A DNA stretch of 64,000 nucleotides from NCBI GenBank assembly GCA_030390025.1, contig CM059433.1:18540001-18604000 (forward strand). The letters are read 5' to 3'. The position numbers and the translations under genes are program-made. This document shows positions 1 to 12,491 of the stretch, one piece after another (the stretch's first letter is position 1; every line of letters begins with the position of its first letter). The notes beneath the pieces were generated by a model, which was not told where the DNA came from, ran no database searches, and saw only the letters and a program-made list of their open reading frames with translations. Origin of the DNA: Squalus acanthias (lineage: Eukaryota).

Positions 1-1284
1 CGGAATGGCCTCCTACTGTGCTGTAAGATTCTACGATTCTAAGTACAGGTTCCAGCCAAACAGTACCCTTTAACACTGCTTGGCTGGAACTGAAATTCTC
101 GTGCCCTGAGAAGAGATCAGCACAAGAATGCTTACACATATGCTCAAAACTCCTCTCTCCGGAGTTAGAATTTAAAGAGCCAGCTTTCCTGCACTTTTTG
201 CCTAGGGACTGAGTGTTCCCTGGAGACAAGGGTTGGGAATAAGGGGTGGAGATCAGCACAGCCCAGTCTCTGGCCCTTCCACGTTGCTCCAGGATTCCCA
301 AAGCTTTGCTGCAGGAATTGGGTCGGCACTGTACCTGTAGAAGGCACAGATGGTACCTTGTAAATGAGGTGGGAGGGGGCATTCCTGGCTTCCTACCTCT
401 TTTTCTGTCCTTTACGCTTGCTCAAGCACAGAGACGCACAGAAAAAGTTTGACGTGGCCTGCCGCTGAACTCCTGCTGACTGGTGTGTGGACAGGCGTCC
501 AAGGGGCAGACTGAAGATATCAAGCTCGGCCTCATTTATTTTTTGACCTACCCACCCCCCACCCCAGAAGTTCAAAGTTCTGCCTGCCTATTTCATAGGA
601 AGGCAGCAGGTCCCAATTACCCAGGCCTGGGAGGCCTGCAGCTGTCTCTGATCTTCTGAGCCCTACGTTAGGCTCTGGCAGAGGATACGCCTGCGTTTGG
701 GGCTACCCTGCCGGGCCAGGTAGGAGTGATCCTGGCAATGGACAGGCGCAGCACATTTTGGGTGTGCTGCTCCTGTTTAGCGCCTGGGCACAGCCTGGGA
801 ATATCAGACCTTAAATGTTTTCAGAGAACATGTGGGAGCATTTGCACTCTCTACATTAATTGCAGATAGGTTTAAAAATCTCACAAGAGATCCACATGAA
901 CCTCCCGGGAACTGTTTACACCCAGTTTGACACTGCACTGACATTTGGTGTCAAACCCAAGCAGTACGAGTCAACATGCCCTGGGAGGGTCTCACACACT
1001 CCTCTCTGGAGTCAGGTTCGATCCTGACTCGGAATTTTTGCTGCCACTTTCGTGTCACTTCAAAATAGAAACCACTTCACAGTGATGCTAAAGTTTGAAG
1101 ACCATAATTCAATGATATTTTCAGCAGAATACAGTTCCTTTAAACATTGATCTAATTTGCAGAAAGCAGATGTTAGACTGGACGGATGTTGATCACAGTT
1201 CCTGCCACTAGGTGGTGCAGTGGGCATGTTTCTGTTATTGATTCCAAAAGTCACCTCAATTTTAGGGTGCATTTACACTGCAAG

Positions 1285-1935
1285 ATAATTACAGATAAGG
1301 AAGGCCAGTCAGCCCATTTTAATTCATTCATGTAGAGAGATCCCAACTCCCCTCATTGTAGCATCCAATTGTTTCTTACATGATTGCAGAGTTTTTGTTT
1401 CTGCTGCTCTATCTGGAAGTCTGTTCCACATATTGATCGCTCTTAAGAAGAATCTCCTGATATCCATCTTAGATTCAAACTTAATAGAAGGTAAATTTAT
1501 GTCCCCTAGTTCTACTCCCACAGCTTCACTTGAAGTAATATTCAGGGTTAAAGTTTTCTCTACATTTAACAATCTTAAAATAGGCTCCTGTGAAGCACCT
1601 TGGGACGTTTTACAATGTTAAAGGTGCTATATAAATGCAAGTTGTTGTTGTTATATACCTCTTTCAGATCACCTCTCAATATACCTCCTTTCAAGGCTAA
1701 AACACCCGCGTGTCTCCAGTCTTTCCTCATAACTCAGGCCCCTGACATTGGGAATCAGCTTGATGGCTCTTCTCTGCTTGAACGTCTCTCGTTTCTTGGT
1801 GACCAGAACCAGATACAATATGCTCAGTGCGGTCTAACCAGAAAACTATAAGGTTTGATCACTATCTTTTCTGATTTATATACTATATTGTTGCCCCGTT
1901 TGCATATGCTTAGCGTTGACTCTACTAAGACTCCT
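1285..1935 (-). mobile_element. Old degraded CR1 LINE 3' fragment, interrupted by a short L2-type tail (~1585-1652, +)
   Basis: Minus-strand translation RRFFLRAINMWNRLPDRAAE resembles the CR1 ORF2 C-terminus. An L2 tail (gcaccttgggacgttttac...gctatataaatgcaagttgttgttg) lies inside it. Confidence 0.6.
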
Positions 1936-2884
1936 AGGTCTCTTTCAGATCGTCAATGCCTCACATATCTCTCCTCCCTCCCTCTCTCTCTCTCTCTCTC
2001 CCCCCTCCCTCTCATCTGTCCTAACTCCGAGATAAATACTATCTATCCCTGGTCACTTCTTTTTTTGTGATCCCATTTCACCAGAGACTTCCATCTCATT
2101 TAAATGACATCACTGATTTTACTTGGGATATCTTTGTTTGGGGAGGACATGTTGCTCATGTTTTCCCTTTATGAATACTTGGAGAAAGAAGTCATTCATA
2201 ACATTTACTATTTTGTGCTCAGAAGTTTCGAACCCAGTTGCATCTTTTATAGTTCCCATCTCTTCTCTGACTGCCCTCTTGCAGCTGTAATACTGAACTA
2301 ATCTTTAACTGTTACACTTCAGCTGCTGTGCTTTCTTTGCAGGTCTCCATTTCCCCACTGATGACCCTTTATGATTAAGTGCTCCTTGTCTCAGGATGGC
2401 TAGCACTTGCATCAGCCCCTTGTGTTCTCAATACCAATTCCATTCATTCAACTAAATACAGTTTAAATCTTTTTATTCAAATACAATAATACTTATACAA
2501 CTCATCAATTACATAGTAAATCCATTACATTCATCCATCACAGTAAAAAATAAAGCCTTAAAAACAGCCTTATAGTTCATATAAATGCAATGATTAATTT
2601 TACAAATAATCAATAATGTTTACAGTACAAATACCCTTAAACAATACCACACAACTTTTTACTAAATACAGTTTAGCACTGTTAGACACACACACACCCT
2701 ATACTTTTCTATCCTGTCAATCTGCCCCTAATCTAGGACAAACCCCACCCCAAGCGTGTTTGTTTAATCAGGGACACCTGTGGCAACTTATTTTGGAGCC
2801 CAGATGGCTGCCACCATCCACTCCCCATGGTCCTAGTGCCCTGTATTTCAGGATTGGATGTACACTTCATTGTGCCTTTTAGTA

Positions 2885-5528
2885 CATAAGAACATAAGAA
2901 ATAGGAGCAGGAGTAGGCCAATTGGCCCCTCGAGCCTGCTCCGCCATTCAATAAGATCATGGCTGATCTGATCCTAACCGCCAATCTACTATCACAGAAC
3001 CATCTCCTGAACCTAACAGAATTGGACACACAAAATAGGAGCAGGATCAGGCTACACTGCCCCTGGGCCCGCTACGCTACCCACAGGGCCATGACCGATC
3101 CGAACCTAGACTCATGTCCAAATTCCTGCCCGCTCCCCGTAACCCTTAATTCCCTTTACTTCTAGAAAACTGTCTATTTCTGCTTTAAATTTATGTAATG
3201 ATGTAGCTTCTACAGCTTTTTGGGGCAGCATATTCCATGGACCTACCACCCTCTGAGTGAAGTAGTTCCTTCTCATCTCAGTTTTGAAAGAGCAGCCCCT
3301 TATTCTAAGACTATGCCCCCTAGTTCTAGTTTCACCCATCATCGGGAACATCCTCCCCGCATCCACCCGATCCAACCCCTTCACAATCTTATATGTTTCA
3401 ATAAGATCGCCTCTCATTCTTCTGAACTCCAATGAGTAGAGTCCCAATCTACCCAACCTCTCCTCATATGTCCATCCCCTCATCCCCGGGATTAACCGAG
3501 TGAACCTTCTTAGAAACATAGAAACATAGAATCTAGGAGCAGGAGTAGGCCATTCGGCCCGTCGAGCCTGCTCCACCATTCAATACGATCATGGCTGATC
3601 ATTCAAATCCAGTACCCTGTCCCTGCTTTAATCCCCACAGTACACATATCCCACCCTAGCCCCGTAACCCCACGTATTTAATTCCCCCTAACATATCCCA
3701 TCCTATCCCCATAACCCCACATATTTAATCCCCCCCCCCTAACACTAAGGGTCAATTTATCATAGCCAAATCAACCTAACCCGCACATTTTTGGACATTC
3801 TTTGTACTGACTCGAGAGCAAGTATGTCTTTTCTTAAGTATGGACACCAAAACTGTATGCAGTATTCCAGGTGCGGTCTCACCAATACCTTGTACAACTG
3901 AAGCAATACCTCCCTATTTTTATATTCTATCCCCCTAGCAATGAAAGCCAACATTCCATTGGCCTTCTTAATCACTTGCTGCACCTGCATACTAACCTTT
4001 TGAGTTTCGTGCACCAGGACCCCCAGATCCCTTTGTACTTCAGTACTTTCCAGTTTCTTGCCATTAAGATAATAACTTGCTCTACTATTTTTCCTGCCAA
4101 AGTGCATAACCTCACACTTTCCAGTATTGTATTCCATCTGCCAAATCTCTGCCCACTTACTTAGCCTGTCTATGTCCCCTTGCAGATTTTTTATGTCCTC
4201 CTCTCTCACTACTTTCCCTCCCATCTTAGTATCATCTGCAAACTTTGATATGTTACACTCGGTCCCCTCCTCCAAATCGTTAATATAGATTGTAAAGAGT
4301 TGGGGACCCAGCACTGACCCCTGCGGAACACCACTAGTTACTGATTGCCAGTCTGAGAATGAACCATTTATCCCAACTCTCTGCCTTCTGTTAGATAGCC
4401 AATCCTCTATCCATGCCAGAATATTACCCCCAATCCCGTGATTTTTTATCTTAAGCAATAATATTTTGTGTGGCACCTTGTCAAATGCCTTTTGGAAGTC
4501 TAAATACACCACATCCACTGGTTCCCCTTTATCCACCCTGTGTGTTACTTCCTCAAAGAACTCCAGCAAATTTGTCAAACATGACTTCCCCTTCATAAAA
4601 CCATGCTGACTTTGTCCTATTAAATTATGATTATCCAAATGTCCCGTTACTGTCTCCTTAATAATGGACTCCAAAATTTTACCTACCACAGATGTTAGGC
4701 TAACCGGTCTATAGTTTCCAGCCTTCTGTCTACTGCCCTTTTTAAATAAGGGTGTTACATTAGCAGTTTTCCAGTCTGCTGGGATCTTTGCTGAGTCCAG
4801 GGAGTTTTGGAAAATTATTACCAATGCATCCACAATCCCTACCGTCACTTCCCTCAAGACCCTAGGATGTAAGCCATCAGGTCCAGGTGATTTATCCGCC
4901 TTGAGTCCCATTATTTTACCGAGTACCACTTCCTTAGTGATTTTGATCGTGTTTAGCTCCTCCCCCCCATAGCCCCCTGTTTGTCCAGTGTTGGGATATT
5001 CTTAGTGTCCTCTACTGTAAAGACTGATACAAAATATTCATTCAGTGTATTTGCCATCTCCATATTTCCCACCATTAATTTCCCGGTCTCATCCTCTAAG
5101 GGACCAACATTTACTTTAGCCACCCTTTTTCTTTTTATATAACTATAAAAACTCTTACTATCTGTTTTTATATTTTTTGCTAATTTACTTTCATAATCTA
5201 TCTTCCCTTTCTTAATCAATCTTTTTGTTATTTTTTGCTGTCTTTTAAAGTTTTCCCAATCCTCTATCCTCCCACTAGATTTGGCTACCTTATATGTCCT
5301 TGTTTTTAGTTGAATACTATCCTTAATTTCTTTACTTAGCCACGGATGACTGTCTTTTCTTTTACATCCTTTTCTTCTCAGTGGAATATATTTTTTTGGA
5401 AGTTGTAAAATAACTCCTTAAATGTACACCACTGATCATGTATCGTCTTACCCTTTAATCTATTTTCCCAATCCACTCTACTCAATTCCGCTTGCATACC
5501 TTCATAGTCTCCTTTATTCAAGCTTAGC
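2885..5528 (-). mobile_element. Young 5'-truncated CR1 LINE (copy A), reverse transcriptase ORF2, split by a SINE insertion
   Basis: ORFs 3760-4929 and 3112-3579 carry RT motifs (YRPVSLTS, YLDFQKAFDKV, SGVPQGSVLGP, FADD). It has a (TTCTTATG)n tail and is near-identical to 23255-25610. Confidence 0.95.
3512..3797 (-). mobile_element. Chimeric HE1-like SINE 3' half fused to a CR1 3' UTR, inserted in CR1 copy A
   Basis: Absent from sister copy B and flanked by TTCTT (3507-3511, 3798-3802). The body matches the SINE at ~6535-6640 and the tail matches the CR1 tail at 31922-32030. Confidence 0.8.
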
Positions 5529-6129
5529 TTAGTGTGTTTCTCCATTTTCTTGTATTCACCCCCAGTAAGCCCTCTTTCCATTTTCTCTGCAAAATTTGTA
5601 CAGTCCATATTTCCTCTTTATCTCACTATTCAGTTGTTTGTTAATCCATTTCGGTCACACTTGTTTAGGGAATGTATTTATCCTGCATGCTCAGCATTAT
5701 GCCCTTAAAGATGTTCCACTTGTTTCTTCTACTGAAGTGTTGTTGAACAATCTCCCCCAGTCTATTTGCTTTAGCTGTTCCATTATTTCATTGAACGTAA
5801 CCCTTTTAAAGTTATGTAACTGGCTCCTGGTTTTAGGTATTTCTGACTCCCAGAACATGTTAAACTTTATCATTCTGTGGTCGGTGTCCCCCAGAGATGC
5901 TACAACTTCCATTCCTTGTACTTATTCTGGGTCATTAATGAATACAAATTCAATCATGAGCATTACCTCTTGTGGCATCCTTGATGCACTGGGTCAAGAA
6001 ACAGTCATGCACTATATCTACCAACTCTAATTCTAAACCACTCAAAGTCTTCCCAGTTTATATTAGGTTGATTAAAGGCTCCCAATAAAATAACTTCCAC
6101 ATTCTCATTTACCTTTCCTATCTCTTTTG

Positions 6130-6725
6130 TCTTTTGGATGAGCCGTTAAGCCGAGGCCCCGTCTGCTCTCTCAGGTGGATGTAAATGATCCCATGGCACT
6201 ATTTTGAAGAAGAGCCGGTGTCCTGGCCAATATTTATCCCACAATCAACGTAACAAAAACAGATTATCTGGTCATTATCACATTGCTGTTTGTGGGAGCT
6301 TCCTGCGCGCATTGGCTGCTGCGTTTCCCACATTACAACAGTGACTGCACTTCAAAAGTACTTCATTGGCTGGAAAGCACTTTGGGACATCCGGTGGCAT
6401 AGTGGTTAGCACTGTTGCCTCACAGCGCCAGGGACCTGGGTTCGAATCCGGCCCCGGGCGACTGTCTGTGTGGAGTTTGCACATTCTCCCCGTGTCTGCG
6501 TGGGTTTCCTCCGGGTGCTCCGGTTTCCTCCCACAGTCCAAAGATGTGCGGGTTAGGTTGATTTGGCTATGATAAATTGACCCTTAGTGTTAGGGGGATT
6601 AAATACGTGGGGTTACAGGGATAGGGTGGGATATGTGTCGGTGCAGGCTCGATGGGCCGAAATGGCCTCTATCTGCACTGTGGGGATTCTGTGAAAGGCG
6701 CTATATAAATGCAAGTCGTTCTTTT
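6130..6725 (+). mobile_element. Deu-domain SINE (SacSINE1-like), 5'-truncated, containing a nested HE1-like SINE
   Basis: Core ggatgag..gttaa.ccgaggccccgtctg...gattatctggtcattatcacattgctgtttgtgggagct and an L2-like tail aaggcgctatataaatgcaag. Confidence 0.8.
6392..6694 (+). mobile_element. HE1-like tRNA-derived V-SINE
   Basis: A box (tggcatagtggttagc), B box (ggttcgaatcc), V-domain gtgtggagtttgcacattctccccgtgtctgcgtgggtttcctccggg and a CR1-type tail. Near-identical copies occur at 39377 and 50481. Confidence 0.85.
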
Positions 6726-7859
6726 ATTTTCTCTTCACAGAGCAAGCTGTCCTTCTTATGCTGACTTGGAGGTCAGTAACATGTCCCTGGGATTAGCTTG
6801 TTAGTTTTTTGTGTCAGAAATTTCGAACCAGAGTAATTCATTTTGTAGCTTTCTAATTCCCACCGGATTAACTTCTTTTTCTTCCTAGGTGTTTGTAACA
6901 TATAGGGCTACACCACCTTTTTTGTCTGCTCTGTCTTCTAAACAATCTATATCCCTAAATGAAATATTAATTTTAGCCATGGTTCTAATATTCCTATCAC
7001 ATCATAGTTCTCTACAGCCTCCAGTTCTGGCAACTTATATCAAAGGCTCCTAACATTATAGATTTTCCTCCACTCACATTCCCCCATGTCTGCCTGTTCC
7101 TGATGTCTGGTTCATGTATATCTTTTTGGGTATCAATGTCCATACCCAGCTGTTGACTGCCTTCTACCCTATGATCTGTTTCATCTGGGATCCTGTTTCC
7201 TCCTTGCCCATCCCCCTCCCCGTTTATCTAGTTTAAAGTCTATTGCTGTCAAAATGTTCTTCACAAGCCTCTTTGTTCCATCTTGGTTTAAATGTAGCCT
7301 TAAAAGCCCCGATATTATTTCTCCCTCTGTCTCTTTCAGTATTCTTTCTAACCTGTTCTCAATATGTACTGCTCTAGCTGCAGGTAGACAGCTCACTGAC
7401 CTGTAGGTATTGCCTTTACAATGCAATGGTATGTTTTTGAAATGGTCCTGTTACCATTATTATAGGCACCCATTGTAAATTGAATCTGTACCATCTATAA
7501 GTGGTTGCTTTTAGATAGTAACCTTCTTGGTCTCATGGTAGCTCATAGATCACTGCACCACATGGTGTGGTACTGAGCCATATGGAGCAGGTAGGTTCTA
7601 GATTTGATCCCCAGTTTGACATGTACTCCACTAAGAATAATTACATGTAACCAAAAGCTTTTTGAGGACTTATAAAGTCCGCTTTTCCAGGTGATATTTA
7701 GGTAAACTCTGAAATATGCTATAGATACGTATCATATAATTCAAGCGATATAATACTTTATATAATCATAAAGGTCTATATGGGCAAAACTATCAATTCA
7801 ACTGTACAGAATAGTAATGCAGCTGTAAGACTTGGAATAAGTCTACCAGAGACAATCTG

Positions 7860-8291
7860 GTCAGCTGTGGCTCAGTGGCAGCACTCTCACCTCTGAGTCA
7901 GAAGGTTGTGATTTAAAGTCCCAGACTTGAGCACAAAATCTAGGCTGACACTTCAGTGCAGTACTGAAGGCGCGCTGCACTGTCAGTGGCGCCGTCTTTC
8001 TGATGAGATGTTAAACCGAGACCCCGTCTGCCCTCTCGGGTGGACGTAAAAGATCGCACGGCACTATTTCGAAGATGAGCAGGGGGGAGAGTTCTCCATG
8101 GCCTCCTGACCAATATTTATCCTACAAACAACATCACTAAAAATCAGATTATCTGGTCATTATCACATTGCTGTTTGTGGGAGCTTGCTGTGCGCAAATT
8201 GGCTGCCGTGTTTCCTACATCACAAACAGTGACTACACTTCACTTCAAAAGGTCCTGAGGTGTGAAAGGCGCTCTATGCATGCATGTCTTT
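7860..8291 (+). mobile_element. Deu-domain SINE (SacSINE1-like), near full length
   Basis: tRNA-like head (gtggctcagtgg), Deu core and gtgaaaggcgct tail. Homologous to 43060-43512. Confidence 0.8.
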
Positions 8292-9109
8292 CACACAGTG
8301 TAGAAGGTTTGTAGACCAGCTATCTGCAGCCCAGTATCTGGAACAGCAGAGGTAGCTCCCAGCCTCGGGTAGAGTTGGCCGCCTGTCTTCCCTCCTCGCT
8401 GCTGGTGGAGACTTTAAAACCTTAACACCGCCCAAAAATCCCCCCCCCCCCCCTCCCCTGCCGTCTTGTTCGGGTTCCTTCTGAAACCGGATAGTCTGTG
8501 TAAGACGATCAGGCCCGTTCCTTGCCAGTTACTTTATTTAACATCAGCCCAGTCAGCAGTATTTTTTTCCACTTAAACTTTCTTCAGCATCCTAAAGAGG
8601 ACTTTGAACGGGCAGGCGCTGCAAAATGTTGACACTTTCCCCCTTGTGTTTTAAGTAATGTAACCGCAGTGCTTGAAGGAAGTAACTTTTATTATACAGT
8701 TTTTAAACTGGGTGACCTGTCCCCAATCTGAGATATAGCTAGCTGGTGTTTAAAGGGTGCGCGGGTGTTCTGTAAAGCCCTTAAATCGTTGCAAAGAACC
8801 CGGAGCAGTCTCTGGATAAGTCAAAGATCATTACGGTGATTTTCTCACACGGGGTCGGTACAAATAACCAGATCCCTTGCAGATCACTAAACATGACAAG
8901 CTCTGAAAAAGTAACTGGAAGAGGTATCCAAAGCTTAATGACTGGCTGGGGAGGGATCGGTTTACAGTTAAAGCACTGTTGGGAGAGATTAGTTAAAGTG
9001 CATGAATATTAGGCTGTAGGCAAAGGCTGATGTCTTTTAAATGTCTATATTCTGTGCACTTTACCGTTAAGTACGAATCAGATATTCTATCAGCCCAACA
9101 CCGGCGATT

Positions 9110-9164
9110 CTATATATAACGGCGTGTCTGGCCATAAAAGGGACGCTGGCTGACCGGTCATTCC
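9110..9164 (+). promoter_or_regulatory. Candidate muscle-specific core promoter of MYOM2 (MEF2 site, CArG/TATA-like box, Inr)
   Basis: CTATATATAA (9110-9119) fits MEF2 YTA(A/T)4TAR. CCATAAAAGG (9132-9141) fits CArG CC(A/T)6GG and contains a TATA-like CATAAAA. TCATTCC (9158-9164) fits Inr YYANWYY about 27 nt downstream. The surrounding sequence is unique and relatively CpG-rich, upstream of a sarcomeric gene. Confidence 0.6.
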
Positions 9165-9263
9165 TTCACCCAGAGTCTTGTGTTTGTTTTGTATCAGCCA
9201 GACCCTCACGGCTGAGAAGGCTGGTCCTCTTTGCCTTCACCTTCCGAGTCTCCCTGCAGTTCG
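9160..9263 (+). other. MYOM2: Putative non-coding exon 1 (5' UTR) of MYOM2
   Basis: Starts at the Inr, contains no ATG and ends at a consensus donor TCG|GTGAGT (GT at 9264). The ATG exon has its own acceptor, so an upstream exon is required. Confidence 0.55.
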
Positions 9264-9454
9264 GTGAGTATTTTCCCTTTAATTCCGCCATAAGACAGGC
9301 AAGCGAGAAAGCAGATAATCTAAAGCGTGTGATCAGAATCCCCTGATCTTTCAACTTTTGGGTTTTAATTGTGTGTCAGAAAATATATCTCATTTTACTG
9401 CCCAAACGATGTGTTTCTTACTATGGCTATCTCTCTAGGTTGTTAACCAACATA

Positions 9455-9630
9455 ACACAACAGATTATCTGCTCATTATCACATTGCTGTTTGTGGGAGC
9501 TTGCTGTGCGCTATTTGGCTACGGTGTTTCCCACATTAGAACAGTGACTCCACTTCAAAAGTACTTCATTGGCTGTAAAGCGCTTTGAGACGTCTGGTGG
9601 TCGTGAAAGACGCTATATAAATACAACTCT
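9455..9630 (+). mobile_element. Deu-domain SINE 3' fragment
   Basis: cagattatctgctcattatcacattgctgtttgtgggagcttg...gtgaaagacgctatataaat. Confidence 0.75.
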
Positions 9631-10679
9631 TTTTTTCTCTTGTTCTCCAATGGGTCCATTAATTTACTTTTCACTTTTTTCTCCCTATTTGATGTGTTGC
9701 CGAGTTACCTATTTCATTTCACTTTATGGATTACTCTGTAACAAACGCATTTAGAAGTTTGTCAAATGCAGTCGCGACTTTTTTTTAATTCAACAAATTT
9801 GACTTTGATGTTGGCAATATGTAAGGCGCTTTCCCCGTGGATTCAGTCAAGTGCCGCTTACAAGGCTGCTCCGAATTCCTAGTCGCTGTTGCTGCTCGCT
9901 AATAATAATTCCCTTGATCTGAGCCCATCAGCGATGGAGCGGTTGAGATGCATTCCGACCAGTGCCAGCAATGGGTGGAGGTCCTATTCCAGCCAATACT
10001 GCAGTGGGGCTGTTACTAAACCAAGCTAAAGCGGTTTGGGGATCACTCATCTTGGCTGGGTGGGGAAACAAGAGCTAACGTTAAGAACAGAACTACTGAC
10101 ACCATAGTTGCGGTCAGTCAATCCACTGAAGCCAATTTTGACACGGGAATCTTGTAAAGGGATTAAAGAGAAGGATGAATGCTGGAAGGCGATTTCATTC
10201 GTTAATAATCGGGGAGTGTTTAAAAAGGAAAAGGGGGGTCCTTGAGGGACGAGATGTTGAAGGATCCGATGTCATTATTCACTTTGTGACTGTGCGGCTA
10301 CCGATTTTTCGTTTCTGAAATGAAGTTTGCTTTTTTTTTGGAAGAGGTTCCTTTTGTTGGGATTTCGTTTGACAACCCGGTTAAAATGCACCTCTTGGTT
10401 TGAATTTGATGTTTGCCGATAGGAATGGTTCGGGGCTGAATTCTGATTCTGGGCTGAATTATTTATCAGTGACAGACACCCCTTCACACCAGCTGATCAT
10501 GGGCTGGCTGTCACTTCTCCACTACATTTTGGCACCTTTTTATGGACAATAGTTAACAACATTTACATTTCAGATGTAAAAAATACAGGTGTTAACCGCG
10601 GGGAATAATTTTCGATTTACAGCCATTAACTTTGTGTGCTCACATCTCTCCTGGCGTGTATAATACTTTCGAATACCCT

Positions 10680-10895
10680 GCACCCTCTTTTGTTCTTTCC
10701 CTGCCCCCTTTTCCCTTGCTCTGTACTTGCTTAAAAGCTGTTCATCTCACAAATCTTCCACTTTTGATGACAGGTCATCGACCGGAGACGTAAACTCTGT
10801 TTCTCTCTCCACAGATGCTGCCTGACCTGCTGAGTATTTCCAGCATTTTCTGTTTTTATTTCAGATTTCCAGCATCCGCAGTATTTTGCTTTTGT
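10680..10895 (+). mobile_element. Penelope-like element 3' end with a mutated hammerhead motif
   Basis: Homologous to 25678-25810 and 61651-61770. The core reads TTGATGA...GAGACG instead of CTGANGA...GAAACG. Confidence 0.7.
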
Positions 10896-11747
10896 TACTC
10901 TCTCTTTAGTTTGGTTTCCCTGGTGCATGGACTGAGGTCTGGTGTCTCTGAGCCAATGGCAGTGATAGGGCCAACACTTCACAATAGCACCAGCCAATCA
11001 TCTGGACCACATTTTAAGTAAAATGTCATTGATTTCTCTACCAATGCACAAGAATGACCCTGATGATAATTGTATTGAAAAACTTTTTTTTTTAAAAGCA
11101 TTGCTACTAAAGGCAAGAGTGAAGGGGATTAAAAGCTGCATCTACCAGCTGGGTTGTAGGCAGTGAAGCAGTGTATTGTAAATTGCCCAGCTAGTTCAGA
11201 CGGCAAGTAACTGAGCCATATATACAAAGTCCCAAGTTCAAGCCTTGGTCTATGCTGTGTTAGCTGATCTCAGCCAGGGTGATAGAAGGGTGTAACGATT
11301 GCTCCCTGAGCTTGGAGGAGGCAAATCAGCCAGTGTTGCTGCTCCCGATCATTAGGCAGCACCCTTGCAGGAAACTGGTGAACATCAGGTGAGGATAGGC
11401 TTGGCTTTGGCAGGGATACCCCACTGAACAGACTGCAATGCTCACTGTCTAGGCTTCATGTGTGAAGATTAGCCACTTAGGTGAGAAATTGAAGGGCATG
11501 TGACCCATCGAGGCGCTAGCATCTGCTGGAGTCAGTGTCCGCCAGGGACTGGAGTGATTGGTCGATACAGGATAGGAAATAATATTGTTAGATCTTGTCT
11601 GATGATACTGGGGAGACCCTGTGTCTCCTTAAGGGTTTCAATTAAAAGAGGCATATGCTGGAGAGGAGGGATAGAGGGAAAATTGACAGGAAAAGGAGGA
11701 AAAAAAGCTAAATAAAGTTGTCCAAATCAAATATTATAAATGCTATT

Positions 11748-12491
11748 GGCCCAGAAATTGATCTCGCTCTGTTCCCGCGGGGGTAAGCCTTCCCCGCGAT
11801 GTCTCACCTCGCTTATGCTTTTTCAGATCCAGCTCGCACGAACTTGATGTTCCAGACATCAGCTGTGCTGGGCTTGCGTATCCCAGCGGCGTAGTGAATT
11901 CGTGCGAGCTGTGGGATCACGTGACTCAGTTAGAGCCAATGGCAGCACACCATCTTCCATTCATAAGTCTCACAGCATGGCTGTAAAATCTATGAATCTT
12001 ACACCCCCCCAAAATAACAGCTAAACCTCAATTAAATTTAAAAAAAAAACCATCACATTAATAAAATAAGTATAGTTAATTAAATTAACCATTTTAAATA
12101 AAAAATTAAATTTTTGAAAAAATTTAAAATCTTTTAAAAAGTTATAAAAATAAACTTACCTGTCTTTAAAGTCTATAAAAAAGATATACCTGTAAAAAAA
12201 AATTCAAAAAAATACTTAATTCACTACTTACCTTCTTAAAAGCGGGTCTTACTCCTCCTTTTTACATTTCCAAAATCTTCCCTACTTACCTGCGCGTCCA
12301 AAGCATGAAGTGCACAGTGTGCACGCAGCCTGTAGCGCGCACGCGATGCACCCAGGCCCCGCCCCCTTTTCAGAAGAGCAATTGCCGGTTTTCAGCGCAT
12401 GCGCAGGGCATGCAGAAAACCGGCAATTGGAGTGGGAATACGCGAGAGTACGCAGTGCGTACTCTCGCGTCCCGGGATCAATTTTCGGCCC
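11748..12491. mobile_element. Non-autonomous DNA transposon (MITE, probably PIF/Harbinger-type)
   Basis: Terminal inverted repeats ggcccagaaattgatctc / gggatcaattttcggccc, GC-rich arms, AT-rich centre and an internal inverted repeat gctcgcacgaa/ttcgtgcgagc. Confidence 0.7.

Larger units (their letters stand above)
5530..7330 (-). mobile_element. Old degraded CR1 (APE endonuclease region and ORF1 end) interrupted by nested SINEs
   Basis: Minus-strand remnants LGDTDHRMIKF, ENYDVIGILEPWL (endonuclease) and LHLNQDGTKRL (ORF1 esterase-like). Confidence 0.65.

Noticed and set aside
49..91. Small hairpin gttccagccaa...ttggctggaac
   Set aside because: The 11-bp arms have no other support; probably a repeat remnant.
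6392..6470. tRNA-like sequence with A and B boxes (also at 39600-39675 and 50481-50555)
   Set aside because: It is the head of an HE1-like SINE continuing into the V-domain, not a tRNA gene.
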